The position numbers and the translations under genes are program-made. From Harriotta raleighana (taxonomy: Eukaryota), in NCBI GenBank assembly GCA_050575255.1, contig JBNZDD010013681.1, positions 4,001,147 through 4,065,146 on the forward strand: DNA of 64,000 bases. The letters run 5' to 3'. The notes beneath the pieces are model-generated. The model ran no database searches, had not been told where the DNA came from, and saw nothing but the letters and a program-made list of their open reading frames with translations. Every line of letters begins with the position of its first letter. Positions within the stretch are counted from its first letter, which is position 1. Positions 12,928 through 25,689 of the stretch are shown here, in pieces.

Positions 12928-13809
12928 CATTTGATTTTCAGAATGAATTAGATTAAGTTTCTTGTATGAGTCTTTTGAAGTTTAAATTCTATTAAGTTGT
13001 TTGCAAATTAGCAAATTGGTTTAGTAATAGGTAAAAGCGCTGTTAAATGATGCTGAGGGCACATTGATTGTGACTGTATTTTGTTGGATCAAAGAAATAC
13101 TATCACACCAATAAATTGCAACCATTAAAAATAATCATTGGGTTTCATATAGCAACTTGAGTGTCAAAATATCTCTAAGGACTTCACAAGTTAATTACTG
13201 TCAAGTGCATTTGTAGGCAAATGCAGCGGTCAATTTGTGTATAGCAAGGTACCACAAATAGCTAGGTGATGAATGAGCAGTTTATCTGTGGGATTGTTGG
13301 CTAATGCACCAGGAAAATGCACTTGCTTATCTTTTTGAAAAGTGTCTTGGGATTATAAATGTCCACCATACAGGCAGGAAGCATCTGGATCCATTAATGC
13401 CTGACTATCCTAACCAATTTGAAGCTCAGGTCTCTTTGTATTGAATACTTCATTCACAAATATAACCACATGGGTTCAAATGCTGCAGGTGCTGCTTGGC
13501 ACAAGATCAAATGATTAGTCTAGGAACTTGGGTGTGTCGGGTAAGGCTTTGAATGTCTCTATATCTATGTCATCTTTAACACTGGCATACAAAAAAGGTT
13601 GATTGTTTTTTGTTTTAATGCCAGAAGGCAATCTCATCCTAATGCACTAATGCATCTCCATCTACAGGTACAGAGCATGTGTTGACCAGTCAAGAACACA
13701 GATTCCATACAGCACTGTCACGTAGCAGATTGATCAGGTTTCTTCCAGCTTGTGCAGGTTAAACATGGCAATAGTGGAGAGGAAAGAAATTGTCTATGTT
13801 GAAGGTCTC

Positions 13810-14105
13810 AGGGGTGCTGTACTCACCTTAGTGATTAGAGCACTTGCCTTGCAAGCGAGAGAACTATGTCCAATTCTAGGCAGGGTGAAATCTTAGGCAA
13901 CTTTTCTGACTCCACATGCCTGATAATAATCCCTGAAAAAAACAGTAATAAATTGATCACTTCGATCCATGACTATTTGTGGGACACTGCTGTATGCAAT
14001 TGGCTGCCGCATATACAGTCAGTTCACTTTAAAGTATATTCTGTGAAGCGCTTTGAGATGTCTAAAGACGTGAAAAGCGCTATATCAAATGCAAGTATTA
14101 TTATT
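13810..14105 (+). mobile_element. tRNA-headed SINE, near full length
   Basis: ttagagcacttgccttgcaagcgagag head, core and tail. Confidence 0.88.
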
Positions 14106-14423
14106 AGTTATTGTAAGTTATAATTCGTGACATTAATTTCTTAACAATTGATATTCTATTAAGGTCACCACTGCACAGATTGTGGACAGTGGTTCTACCT
14201 ACTTAAAGAGGTAGAAAAAGTCTTCCTCTAGTAGAGAACCTCTTATACGAGATTGGGATGATCGTGGGTTAGTGCTGAGGTCTTGTGAGTTGACGTGATG
14301 GATATGACTTTCCCTAGAAGCCGTTTGTACTGCTAGACATTGTTAGTTTCCTGAGGAGTGCTTTTTCAATCCCAGTGGCAGAGATGAGCATTTACGTTGG
14401 TGTCTCCAGGACGTTGCCTCTGG

Positions 14424-15168
14424 AAACAAAAACAGAAGTCGTTGGGAACACACAGCAAGTCAGGCAGCATCTATGGAGAAAGGAAAAGCGAGTCAACGTT
14501 TTGGGTCCACGACCCTTCGTCAGAACTGGGGCATGTTGGGAGGAGAGGGAGAGGCTTTTAAGGATTAACAGAGAGGGAGAAGCAGGACAAGGAAGACAAA
14601 GGAGAAAATGGGGTAGAAGGCAGGAGATGATGGGTTAAAGAGGTGTTAATGTTGTGAAACAAAAGGGGGAATTGGAACAAAACTGGAGAGTAGAGGTATT
14701 AATAACGTTAAAACAGAGAGGGGGAAGGTGAACTGTTATGGCCTGAAATTATTGAAATCAATATACATGCAAATTTGTTCCAGTCAGAGAATGCAGAGTT
14801 AAGTACTTTTTAAAATGGAATATCGCTTCCTTCCTCTTGTTATGTGCACGATTTCCTCCCCTGAATCAGCACTTTGGATACATTTCCCTTGCAGGATATT
14901 CATTAAACAAATACAGTCAAGATTAAAGTAACTTTAACTAATGTTATGTTGCTTCTAAGGTCCCTAGCAGATGGATAAGGTGCTTTTCCTCGAGCTTGCG
15001 CTGCGGTTCATTGGAACAACGTAGGAGGCCATGGATGGAGAGGTCTGACTGCGAATGCGAAGGAGAGTTGAAATGGCAGGAAACCAGCAGGTCAGGGTTG
15101 TATTTGCAGACAGAACAGAGGTGTTTGGAAAATGATTTCCAGCATCAACAGTATTTTCCTTTTTTGTT
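14424..15168 (-). mobile_element. Penelope-like retroelement remnant (GIY-YIG endonuclease C-terminus plus terminal repeat)
   Basis: Minus translation of about 15124-14957: HLCSVCKYNPDLLVSCHFNSPSHSQSDLSIHGLLRCSNEPQRKLEEKHLIHLLGTL, continuing NIDFNNFR at about 14763-14741. Terminal repeat with hammerhead motif at 14424-14530; inverted terminal piece at about 15137-15168. Confidence 0.8.
14490..14528 (-). ncRNA. Degenerate minimal type-I hammerhead ribozyme motif
   Basis: Minus strand CAGTT-CTGACGA-A-GGGTC-GTG-GACCC-AAAAC-GTTGACT: intact CUGANGA box, 5-bp stem II and palindromic AACGTT, but the GAAA box reads AAAA. Confidence 0.65.
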
Positions 15169-15469
15169 CTGCTGCCTCATGAGGTGGTCCTCCATGCTTC
15201 CGGGGGCATTGAAGGCTGCAAGTGAAGGCACGATTGGTATCAGAACTTTACTGGATAAAATTGGCTATAGACATATATGTGACATGCAACTCTGTTCCAG
15301 TCAGAGAATGCAGAGTTAAGTGTGTTTTAAAATGGAATATCGCTTCCTTCCTCTTGTTATGTGCACAATTTCCTCCCCTGAATCAGCACTTTGGATACAT
15401 TTCCTTTGTAGGATATTCATTAAACAAACACAGTCAAGATTAAAGTAACTTTCACTAATGTTATGTTGC
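14765..15469 (+). repeat. Local 188-bp direct duplication (14765-14952 and 15282-15469)
   Basis: Both copies run acatgcaa...gttccagtcagagaatgcagagttaag...taatgttatgttgc with roughly ten substitutions. Confidence 0.95.
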
Positions 15470-16239
15470 ATGTAAGTGTTTTTTTAAACTGACCACATTA
15501 CACAAAACCCAGCAAAGTGAAGGAGACATATCCTTATCCTGTTAAATATACCCACAGACTTTCAACTTTATGTCTCATAAAATTCTGTCTTGTAAATTGC
15601 AACTTATCCTCTATTTGAAGTCATCATTCTTGTTGTACTTGTCATTCTTACCATCAACCCAATGGTTGCTCCATCTTCCATTCATTAGGTAGGTATCCAT
15701 CGCTAATCTTTTACAATCTTGCAATGATCTTGAAGAATTTGTAAGCCTACAAATTGGCTTAGTATTCAGTGAATCTCCAAAGCCAATCTGATTCCTGGTA
15801 TTGGGATGATGTATGGCGGTTCTTAACTGTCTCAATTATTCTATCCGTATTTCATTCCAACCATCATTGAATCCTATCCACTCTTTAGCTGATGATTTAA
15901 ACACAACACAAATTGTATAATAATAAAGTAATAAACCTTGTATTTGATAAAATACTTTCCATGTCTTCTCAGTTAACATTTAACACCTTTTACATCAGGA
16001 GGAGGGTGTCCCAAAGCGCTTAACAGAATTGGCTGCATACTAGAGTGGGGTGGGGAAAGATGAACAAACTTGCAGTTAAAGAGGTAGGGTTTGAAACAGG
16101 CATTAACTCCACATTGATTGGATTTCTTCAGATCACCTGCTTGCAGTGCACACAAGCCTTGGCCTTTCATCTCCATTTAAAGAAGAAGAAATGTGAGGCT
16201 TACCAAATGTCAGTGTTTTCAAAAGAAGACATTATACTT

Positions 16240-16548
16240 TTATTAATAATAATCTTTGCATTTGATATTGCGCCTTATCACGTTTCTAGATGTCTCAAAG
16301 CGCTTCACAGAATATACTGTAAAGTGAATTGACTGTATATTTTGTGGGCGAAATACAACTGTGAATTGCACACAGCACTGTCCCACAAACATTTGTGGAT
16401 TGAAATGACCAATTTATTATTGCTTTTTTTGAGTGATTATTATTAGGCATATGGAGTAAGGAAACTTGGCCAAGGTTTCACCCTGCCTGGAATTGAACCC
16501 AGGTCTCTGACTTGTAAGGTGAGTGCTCTAACCACTGAGCTACAAGAC
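16240..16548 (-). mobile_element. tRNA-headed SINE, full length
   Basis: Antisense tail, core, B-box ggaattgaacc and A-box accactgagcta. Confidence 0.9.
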
Positions 16549-19500
16549 TATCAAGTAAGTTTGGAGTAAGTTTTCACCAAGATTCTTCCTGTCACATTAA
16601 TTGTCACAAGCTCATATTTGGGTTGTCCCCTCAATTCCTAAACTACCTCCATCAATATTTTGTAAGTCTATGTGTGGGAAAAGAGTGGTATGTGGGAGGA
16701 TGAGTTTGGATCCATGGTTCTATATTTATTGTATTGAGGGATCATTCTTGACAAAAATAGTTTGGATTCTATGAACGTCTGATAAGCAGAAAAAGGGAGC
16801 TGTGTCCTTATCCGGTTAAACATACACACAGACATATTTTGAGTTTAGATAAATGTGTACAAAGAAGTATTATATCTTTGAAGTGTTACATCAGCATAAA
16901 TGTCTTGCAATGCTTAATATATGTTGAACGGCTTCACAGTCAGCACATTTGCCCATGTCCCAACCCGCCAACGATCATAAAATTCCAAAGCACCAAACCA
17001 CACATTCCTTTCAATTTAATAATTTTAGCCAGCTTTCTGCGACTTGAGTTTTACAACTCTCTTACTTTCGTGAATATGTCTGACTCCTTTTTATTCCTTC
17101 TGCTAAAGTAAAATTCCACAATCGTCGCGTGCCAACAACTCCCACCTCTCCACATCACACACACTCCGTCACTCTCCCACTGTTTCACCAAGTGGCAACA
17201 CATAAAAGAATTTGCAGATCTGAATTGAGATAGAGGTGATGATGACTCACCCGAACCTCACCCACACATGTGCAGCTCTAGTGGGAGACTTAAGAGTTGT
17301 GATTAGAGGCGGGTATTTTTCCCCTCCTTAACTGCAAGCACTGATTCCAACTGTTCCCCTGCTGTCATTCAGCTCATCTGAACATTCAGTATAGTCTGGG
17401 GAATCAAATCTGGGATCTTCTCAGTCTTGGTTTGCTCATTAGAAAAACTTTTGAGTTGTCATCTATTTTGGTCGGCCTGAAACATGTGGAAATCCATCAC
17501 TGTGCTTACGAATATTCAAACCAAACTGAGAATTCCATGTATTGCACCTACACATGGAAATCCCAGAAATGTTTATTGGAATGGAAAGCGCACTTTCTCC
17601 CCGGAGAAATGTGTCCTGTTTACCCAATTTCGAAAAGTATTAGATGCAGGTTGCCAAGGGCCAGGTTACATGGGGACCCTAGAGTGTGTACTGGGGGTAC
17701 TGCTGGCATCTAACCAATTAAACTAATTAAAAAGCTTGTCATTGAGCGTGCTGTCAGGCAAGGTTTCCTGCTTAAACATTGTAGGACCACCAAACGCATT
17801 GGGATTTTGGCTTGAAGGGTCAATGGGAACTGAGTGCAAAGCCTCCCTGCCCACAATAACTGGTCTGTCAATGAGCCAGCTCAGCTCTTCTGCCATCAGC
17901 ATTGTCCTGAAATTTGTTGTTGTTCAATACGGCAGACCCACCTCACTCAAGAGCTGGTCTACTGAGTCTGACACTGAGTTCAATTCCGACATTGCATTGC
18001 TGAACATGTCCCTTTGTAGCCAGTTCAGCTTCCAAGGAAAATAGTTGGGTCATTTGACATCTGGCAAGGAAGGGTTTGAACTCTCACTCAGACACTCCCT
18101 GTGAGCTTCCATGTGGCCAACACAGCTCAGCTGAAATGGATGAAAGTATTGGCCACTCAATGTGGGACACTACTGTGCGCAATTGGTTTCTGCCCCCAAA
18201 ATGCAGTAAATTCGCTTTGCAGTATATTCTGTGAAGCGTTTTGAGTTGTTTAGAAGACGTGGTAAGGTGCTATATCAAATGCAAGGATTATTATTGTTAT
18301 GGTGCCCACAGCTTGGACAAACATCCTTTTCCATTGACTAATGGTTCCACCAATTGGAGGTGCAGAGCTTAAGCAATAGCTGCTGACCTCTCTGCTGAAC
18401 TATCAAGATTTTCCTTCCTTTCAGCCATTCAGGCTCTGTTCACTTGAACTTATTCCAGATCACTCCAAATCGCCCACTCCCTCCTCACCTTCAAAGCTCA
18501 TCTTGAAGACTTACCTGCTTGACTGCTTTTAGTCATCTTTTCCCCCTTCTTTCCCCATTCCTACGGTATGATTAGTTCACTCAACCAGCTGTGTGAAGCA
18601 CTTTGAGATGTTCTCCTGTTGTGAAATGTAAAATGTACTGTATTATGCAATCGTGCTCAGTTGAATTAGCTAGGCGCCGGGATAATCGTTTTAAACAGAA
18701 ATATAAAGTTACAGTCCGGAAGGTGTTTATGAATATTTTTAAATCCATGTATTAACTTGGAAAATAAAGCTTTAATTATATATTTGAGATGAAACATTTT
18801 TTGTAGCTTAGATTGTTAGAATTGTGTAAGAACGTACACACTCATAAGTGTATACATTTTTGGTTTGCAAGGCTAATTTGAAGCGCTCCGAGATGCTGTT
18901 CGGCGTGGAGGGCGCTATATAAATCCCAAGTTGTTGTTGCTGTAATATGGCGAACTTATGATTTAAATTATAACACAGTGTTTCTTTAATTTAGAATGTG
19001 GTTGACACATGAATATTACTACCACATTTTTTATGTCTGATGTAAACCAAGTCATGCAGGAGAGTCTTGTGCTGTAGCGAGGCACAATTAGCCAATATCT
19101 GGTATGAAACTACCAATGTGCTTACGTGTGCGGAACATTCCCCATGGGATACCATTTTACATTCAAATACAGTAAGTTATTGGAATAGCATTACTCTTGG
19201 CAAGCTAAGCGGACCAACAGTAGCCAATATCATTCATATTCAGTGCCTTGGGACATTCTCCTGATGTGAAAGGGGTTACATAAATGCAAATTGTTGTTGA
19301 TATACTGGTCATCATGTGGGCCCTTTAGTGCCTGGATTTGTGCATTATTGGTAGTTAAATCCAGCATAGAATAGAGGGAACAGCCTTGATGTGACCTGCT
19401 GCAGTAGAAAAATTACACAAAGCCAGAGGAGATTTACTTTGTTGACACAAGTTCCCATTTTAATATTCCAGTAAGTATTGTGATCCAGAATATATCTTAG

Positions 19501-19589
19501 AAGTGAGCAATAACTTTTCCTTTGAGCCCAAATACATGTTTTATTTATTTTATACACATTTTGATCAAAACAGATTGTACAGAACCAAG

Positions 19590-19900
19590 TGCACTCCTGT
19601 TGCTCAGTGGTTAGAGCACTCGTCTTACAAGCGTGAGACCTTATTTGAATCCAGTCAGGGCGAAACCTTGGGCAAGTTTTCTTACTCTACACACCTAATA
19701 ATAATCCCTCAATAAAAAATTGGTCATTTAAATCTATGACTGTTTGTGGGAAGCTGCTGTATGCAGTTGGCTGCTGCATTTTGCCCACAAAAAAATATAC
19801 AGTCAATTCACTTTAGAGTATATTCTGTGGAGCGCTTGGAGACATCTAGAAGATGTGAAAAGCGCTACATCAATTGCAAGTGTTATTATTTATTATTATT
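19590..19900 (+). mobile_element. tRNA-headed SINE, full length
   Basis: gctcagtggttagagcac head through (tta)n tail. Confidence 0.9.
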
Positions 19901-20359
19901 ATATGTGAACACATTATAAACAGCTTGAGTTCACAGAAGCCACCTTTTCTAGTANAAGTGAACACATTATAAACAGCTTGAGTTCACAGAAGCCACCTTT
20001 TCTAGTACCTACATGTATCTGAAATGTGCAGAAGAAATGCCAAATTTCCCACGGTTGGTTGATGAGCTGGCAGGTGCTTATATTTGGCCATTCCCATCTT
20101 CCTTAGTCACTGTTCTACGCCTCTTCTGGTGTGCGGTTGAATAAGGTTTCAGAAATCTGCAAAGGAATTCCCACATATATTGTGCAACTTTACTTCTCTA
20201 ACTGGGGAGTCCAGCCAAAATCAATTGCATAATTCTGGTCAGCCATAAGTGGAATGAGCTCCATTTTGTTTCACAGGTTTGCAGTATTGGTTTTGGGGCC
20301 AGTTTAGTGGGTGTGATAACTAGAAATGTCTGGTCCAGCACACAGATTGTGGAGTTTAA

Positions 20360-20750
20360 TAATAATCATCATTGGGTGACCTTATACTGTCAAAACTTCA
20401 CAAAGCATTTCACAGTAATCACTGTTAAATGTTTGAAAGCAAATGTGGCAACTAATTTGCACACAGCAATATCCCACATGGAGAGAATGACCAATTTTGT
20501 CTGGAGGATTATTGGTCGGAAACCAGGATAAAAATCATTTTCTATGAATGATGTAATGGGATCTTTAGCGCCCACTTGAAGAGGGAGATAGGACCTCAGT
20601 TTCATTTCTCATCTGAAGAACAGCACTTTCAGGAATGCCACCGCCAGCATTGTGTTGGATTGTCAGACTGAACTATGAGCTCAAAGACCCAAGACGGGAC
20701 TTGAACCCACAACCTGTTGACTCAGACGAGAATGCAACCAAAAGACCACC
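20360..20750 (-). mobile_element. Older Deu-domain SINE
   Basis: Antisense gggatcttta...ctcatctgaagaacagcac...gggacttgaacccacaacc. Confidence 0.7.
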
Positions 20751-20869
20751 AATAGAATGGAAAGATTTTGTATTGTGCAACATCTTGATGATCAATTGCT
20801 AATGTTCCTCTATATACAGACATTTCCAGTTAGATGTAGGAGAACCTCTGTTTGCTGCTTATTCTGTAC

Positions 20870-21190
20870 TGTATTCAGCGGGCTCCTGTCTGCTCCATGT
20901 CCCTGCCCGACCCGCCCTATTATCGGCAGGTGGGATTTCAGCTTCTCTATCCCCACACTCTGAAACTCTCACAATCCCTTCACCTCACTTCCTCCCTTGC
21001 CTCCTTCAAGGGTGGTCTCAAGACTCTCCGCTTCGATCATGCCTTCTGCTGCCCGCCCACCTCTCTCCATCCCCTCCCCCTAACCTGCCCTTCCCCCGTG
21101 CTTGGGTCCTGACCACTGACTGTTCAGCATCGTGGGTTGTCCTCCCAAAGTGAAGGGTGCTCTATAAATATAATTTTGTTGCTATTGTTT
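20870..21190 (+). mobile_element. L2 3' fragment
   Basis: SSLASFKGGLKTLRFDHAF and tail gaagggtgctctataaatataattttgttg. Confidence 0.8.
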
Positions 21191-22037
21191 GTTATATTTC
21201 CATCTAGCCATGAGTACTGTACTTCAAACAATTATTATTCTACTGTATATAGTTTCTTCACTGAGCATCACCCTTTTGGCAATTACGTTGCATTGGAGAT
21301 CTCTCTCCCAGAGTTATTGATCAGCTGTGGCGGATTGATCTTGCTGAGACTATCTGTACCATTTTGAGATAAGGAGCCACAGTTGTCAGTTCGTTGTTCC
21401 AATATTGAAATTTCTTATAAAATAATATCTTGGGTTGTATATGACAAAGCCGTTTGAGAGGTTGATCAAATATCCTTACCTACTTTCTGAATGATAAGAA
21501 AATACCTTCACACTTTCAGGTATTTTGGGGGGGAGTGGATGGGATAATCATATGAGAGAGATTCAAATCAGGTCCCAGGCTAGTTCAGCGTAGCTCATTG
21601 TAGTACTGGACATGAACGTGGTTCTTGCGCACAGGATCTGTCAGAAGGTAACATTTTCACCTTACCTCACAATGTAGTTTCAAACCCAGTCCAAACAACT
21701 GAGTGCTATAATTTACTTAATGAACCAATAGCACCTTGATTTATTATCTTGTGTTTATGGGCAATTTAGAGCTCATTTTCTTTAGTATTAGATCCAGGTA
21801 GTATGGGATTTTTTTTTTTAAAAAGGCAATGCACATATTGGTGGAAGAAGCTGGCTAGGATAAGGTGAGCTGGGGTAATTTCTCACACCACTAAAGTTTA
21901 CAAAATAATCAGTCAATCACTTTACAATATATTCTTTGAAGCACTTTTGGAGGTCTCAACGACGTGATAAGGTACTATATCAAATGCAAGGAAAAAAAGG
22001 TTAGTTTTTGCAGAGTTTGCAAGGTCAAATATTGATA

Positions 22038-22475
22038 TTAATAATAATAATAATAATCCTAGCATTTGAAATAGGGCTTTTCACGTTTTCTAGACATTTC
22101 AAAGTGCTTCACAGAATATACAGGAAAGGTGAATTGCAGCAGCCAATTGCGCACAGTAGTATCCCACAATAGTCATGGATTGAAATGACCAATTTGTTGT
22201 TTTTTGAAGGATTATTATTAGGTGTGTGGGGTAATGAAACTTGTCCNTTTGGGTGACCTTATACTGTCAAAACTTCACAAAGCGTTTCACAGTACTCACA
22301 GTGGTATCCCACAATAGTCATGGATTGAAATGACCAATTTATTGTTTTTTGAAGGATTATTATTAGGTGTGTGGGGTAATGAAACTTGTNCAAGGTTTCG
22401 CCCTGACCTGCCTGGATTAGAACACAAATCTCATGCTTGTAAGGCGTGTGCTCTAATTACTGTGCTACAGGACTT
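22038..22475 (-). mobile_element. tRNA-headed SINE containing an N-bounded alternate contig
   Basis: SINE consensus 22038-22246 resumes at 22391; 22248-22389 is a redundant piece. Confidence 0.85.
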
Positions 22476-24111
22476 CAACTTTATACTCAAATTGGGGCCT
22501 GAGTTCACCTACAAAACACACAGTCATTACACTTTACAGTAAAACCCTGTAAAGAGCTTTGAAACATCTTGATAATGTGTTAAAACACTTATCAAATATA
22601 AGGAATACTATTTTATAATATCTAGACAATGGAATTTTTTGAAACTCTGAATTTTTCTCTGTAGCATTCTGAAATTTGCACACAGCTGAGGCATGAATTT
22701 GGGATTATGAGGTGACCCTGTCTCCTCTTTCCAGTGCTCCATTTGTGAATGTTGTTACACTTGGGCCCGAAGACACAGTGGGGTCAGTCTGAACATAGCC
22801 GAGGTACATTTGCAAATGGAAATATCATTCACATTCAGCAGAGTGTTTTTTTCATAAAGTGTGACTGAGTACCATTGTCCAGCACAGGCTGACATGTGCC
22901 TGCCCTGACCTCGGGAGTATTTAGAAGCGACGTGAATCACAATGTGAAAAAAAAAGTTCCATTCTTCAACATCACCACTTCACAATTTAAAGCACGCTGC
23001 CAATTTCTTGTAAGGCAATTTGCATTCCTTTGTTCTCCTACAAATTCATAGTCACTGGGCCTTACAATAAATCCTGTGAAGCTGTTTGACATGTTGTGAG
23101 GGTGTGATAGAGTGCTCCATCAAATACAAGGGTTATTATTTATATTTTCTTGTTATATGTTGATTTGCATACAGAGTGGAGATTTTGCAGGCAGTTTGGA
23201 CTGTTTGTTTTCATTAACAGCAGCGCACATTGAGCCAATGAGTGTTGACATGAGACATTCTTTGAAAAGCATGCATCTTTTATGGATTAGGAGGGTACTG
23301 TCAACTTTAAACATGAAGAATGATTTTCTGAGCTTCTTTGACAGTGGTGTTAGTTTTTCAATATGAAAATAACATGAATTATGTCTTGATATTTGTATTC
23401 AAGACATTTTTAAGTTATGAAGTATGTATTCCGTTTAATTTATATTTTTCTTGTTTTGCCTCCTGTCCCATACGCATCTACGTTCTGGTCATGTGGGCCA
23501 TTTGCAGCCATTGGTGTTTCCATGGTAATAAGTAGTTTTATTCCATTATTATGCAGCGACATGCACCTTTGTGATGGGATCAATTGTATTGACTCCTTTA
23601 TTGCCTCAATTCCTCCATTGACGTTTCCCCACTCCCCACCAGTTAAAGCTACTTGCAACGTTATTTTGAATGGACGTAAATTTGTCTCGTCAGAAACACC
23701 AGTTTCTAAAAATATATAAAATCTCATATGTAATCGAGAGTGGTGGCTGACAGCTGGTTATTCTCTTTCTGTTCGTCACGGTCAACAAATCTGTCAACAA
23801 ATGATTCAATCTAATTGATAAACTAGCTGCTAATGTATGCGCCTGGTTATAGACTGGGCACAAATCCTGGATCCTGGGAGTTTAACAAAGTGACAGCTTT
23901 AGAATTAAGAAGATTATCTTTTTTTTAACTCTTGTCTTGAGATGTGGACAATGCTGGCATTTTGGCAACAGTTATTGGGCTGGTTGCCCTGAAAATGTTG
24001 TGGGGAGGGGAGGATCTGGGCCTTCTCCTTAAACAACTGTAACCCTTGTGAAGATGGTAGTAGTAATAATAATAATAATAATCCTTGCATTTGCTATAGC
24101 TTCATAAGCAG

Positions 24112-24400
24112 ACAACAACAACTTGCATTTCTTTAGCGCCCTTCAGATAAGGTAGTGGCTTGGAGTGTTTAACGCCAAGCTGAGGAGAGAACGGTCAAAC
24201 AGATCGGTTTCAGGTGTGATCTGAAAACTGACAAAGAGGGGGCAAGGCAGAGGGATTGAGGCTAAGAGTTCCAGAGACTTGGGGTGTAGTGGCTGAAGGC
24301 ACTGTCACGAATGATGGAGCGAAGTTGTCAAGGGATGTTTAGAAGTCCAGCTGAGTGAAGGGAGCAAATCAGAGAGGTAGAGAAAGTGTGGTACTGCAAA
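24112..24400 (-). mobile_element. L2 3' fragment
   Basis: caacaacaacttgcatt...gcgccc tail; gagttccagagacttggggtgtagtggctgaaggcac body. Confidence 0.7.
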
Positions 24401-24799
24401 GTACTTTGTATGTGAATACAGCAGCCAATTTGCCCATAACAAGTGTCCCACAAACAATGTGAATTTTATCTGGAAAATTGTTGGCCAAGACCCCTGGAGA
24501 AACTTCCTTCTCTTTTTGAATAGTTCCACGGGGTGTTATCATCTTCCTGAACAGTCTGACATGACCTTGGTTTAAACATTGCATCCAAAGTGTGGCATCT
24601 TCAACAACATAGCACACCAGGAACAACAACAAAATTACACTTGGTATAGCGCCTTTCACGTCAGGAGCAGCACTGTGTTGGAGTGTCAGCCTGGACTGTA
24701 TGAGTTGTTTAGTTGGGATTTCCAAGATTTTGACCAAGTGAAGAATGAAGAAGCAGCAAAATATGTCCACATATGTTCAGGATGATGTCTGACTGTCTA

Positions 24800-25118
24800 A
24801 TTATAATAATATTGTAACTTGATATGATACCTTATCAAATCTTTGAGACATCTCAAAAAGCTTCAGAGAATATATTGTAAGGTTGATCCATATTTTGTGG
24901 GAGAAACGCAGTTGTGCACAGTAATATCCCACAAACAGCTGTAGATTGAGTGACAAAATTATTTTTCAAATTTATTTTTGAAAGTATTATTACCCTAGGA
25001 AAAGCGATCCGTCAATCGACTAACAAATGGATTTGTACCTACTGCCAGGTGAACAGAGGCGTGTGGAGTAAGGAAACTTGCCTAAAGTTTGGCCCTGCCC
25101 GGGAATCAAACCCAGGTC
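24800..25118 (-). mobile_element. SINE, long variant with extra ~65-bp module
   Basis: Contains ccctaggaaaagcgatccgtcaatcgactaacaaatgg...ctactgccaggtgaacagaggc, absent from the short copies. Confidence 0.8.
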
Positions 25119-25689
25119 GGCTCTAATTGTCAAATCGATTTCCATTTGCATTCTGTGCAATGACTCCAGACATTCAGTAATCAAGGAGTTAATGTGGTGA
25201 GGTTTGCTTGAGCTGCTGGGCTGTGAGAAGTGATTGAGAAACCTTCCTCTTTCTGTAATGAATAAAACGACTTGCTGAAATGCTGACCACTCTCATTTTG
25301 TTTCTGAATTGCCAAGAATTGTGTTTCGCATGACTCATGCCCACAGTTGGTCTTGTTGCATTTCTGAGCTCATGAGAAGAAAATTTTTATCCTGTTGTGT
25401 TCTCATTATGCAAAACTAACATTTGGTCATTAATCGAAAATTTGACTTTTTCTTTAGGCCATTTCATCCTACGCTTGATTAATAGCTAAACAGCTACAGT
25501 CAGAATGCTTTGAGGTAAATTAATATAGAAAGTTGGGATGATTCCAGGAAATCATACATAAGAAAGTGGTGCTTTCCAGCAGGGAAATACTTCTTTGGCT
25601 ATGTATGTGTTGAGCACAGCAAGTCACTATCATTACTACAGAAAAGGTATTGTTGACTCCTGACGTAGTTCTTTTTTAATGAAGTCAAC

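Noticed and set aside
17736-18044. 102-aa ORF with a nearly open antisense frame
   Set aside because: No recognisable protein motif or convincing splice signals, and the antisense frame has an internal stop.
23460-23720. Overlapping ORFs on both strands and an X-box-like gtttccatggtaat
   Set aside because: No protein similarity recognised; a conserved non-coding role cannot be supported without alignments.
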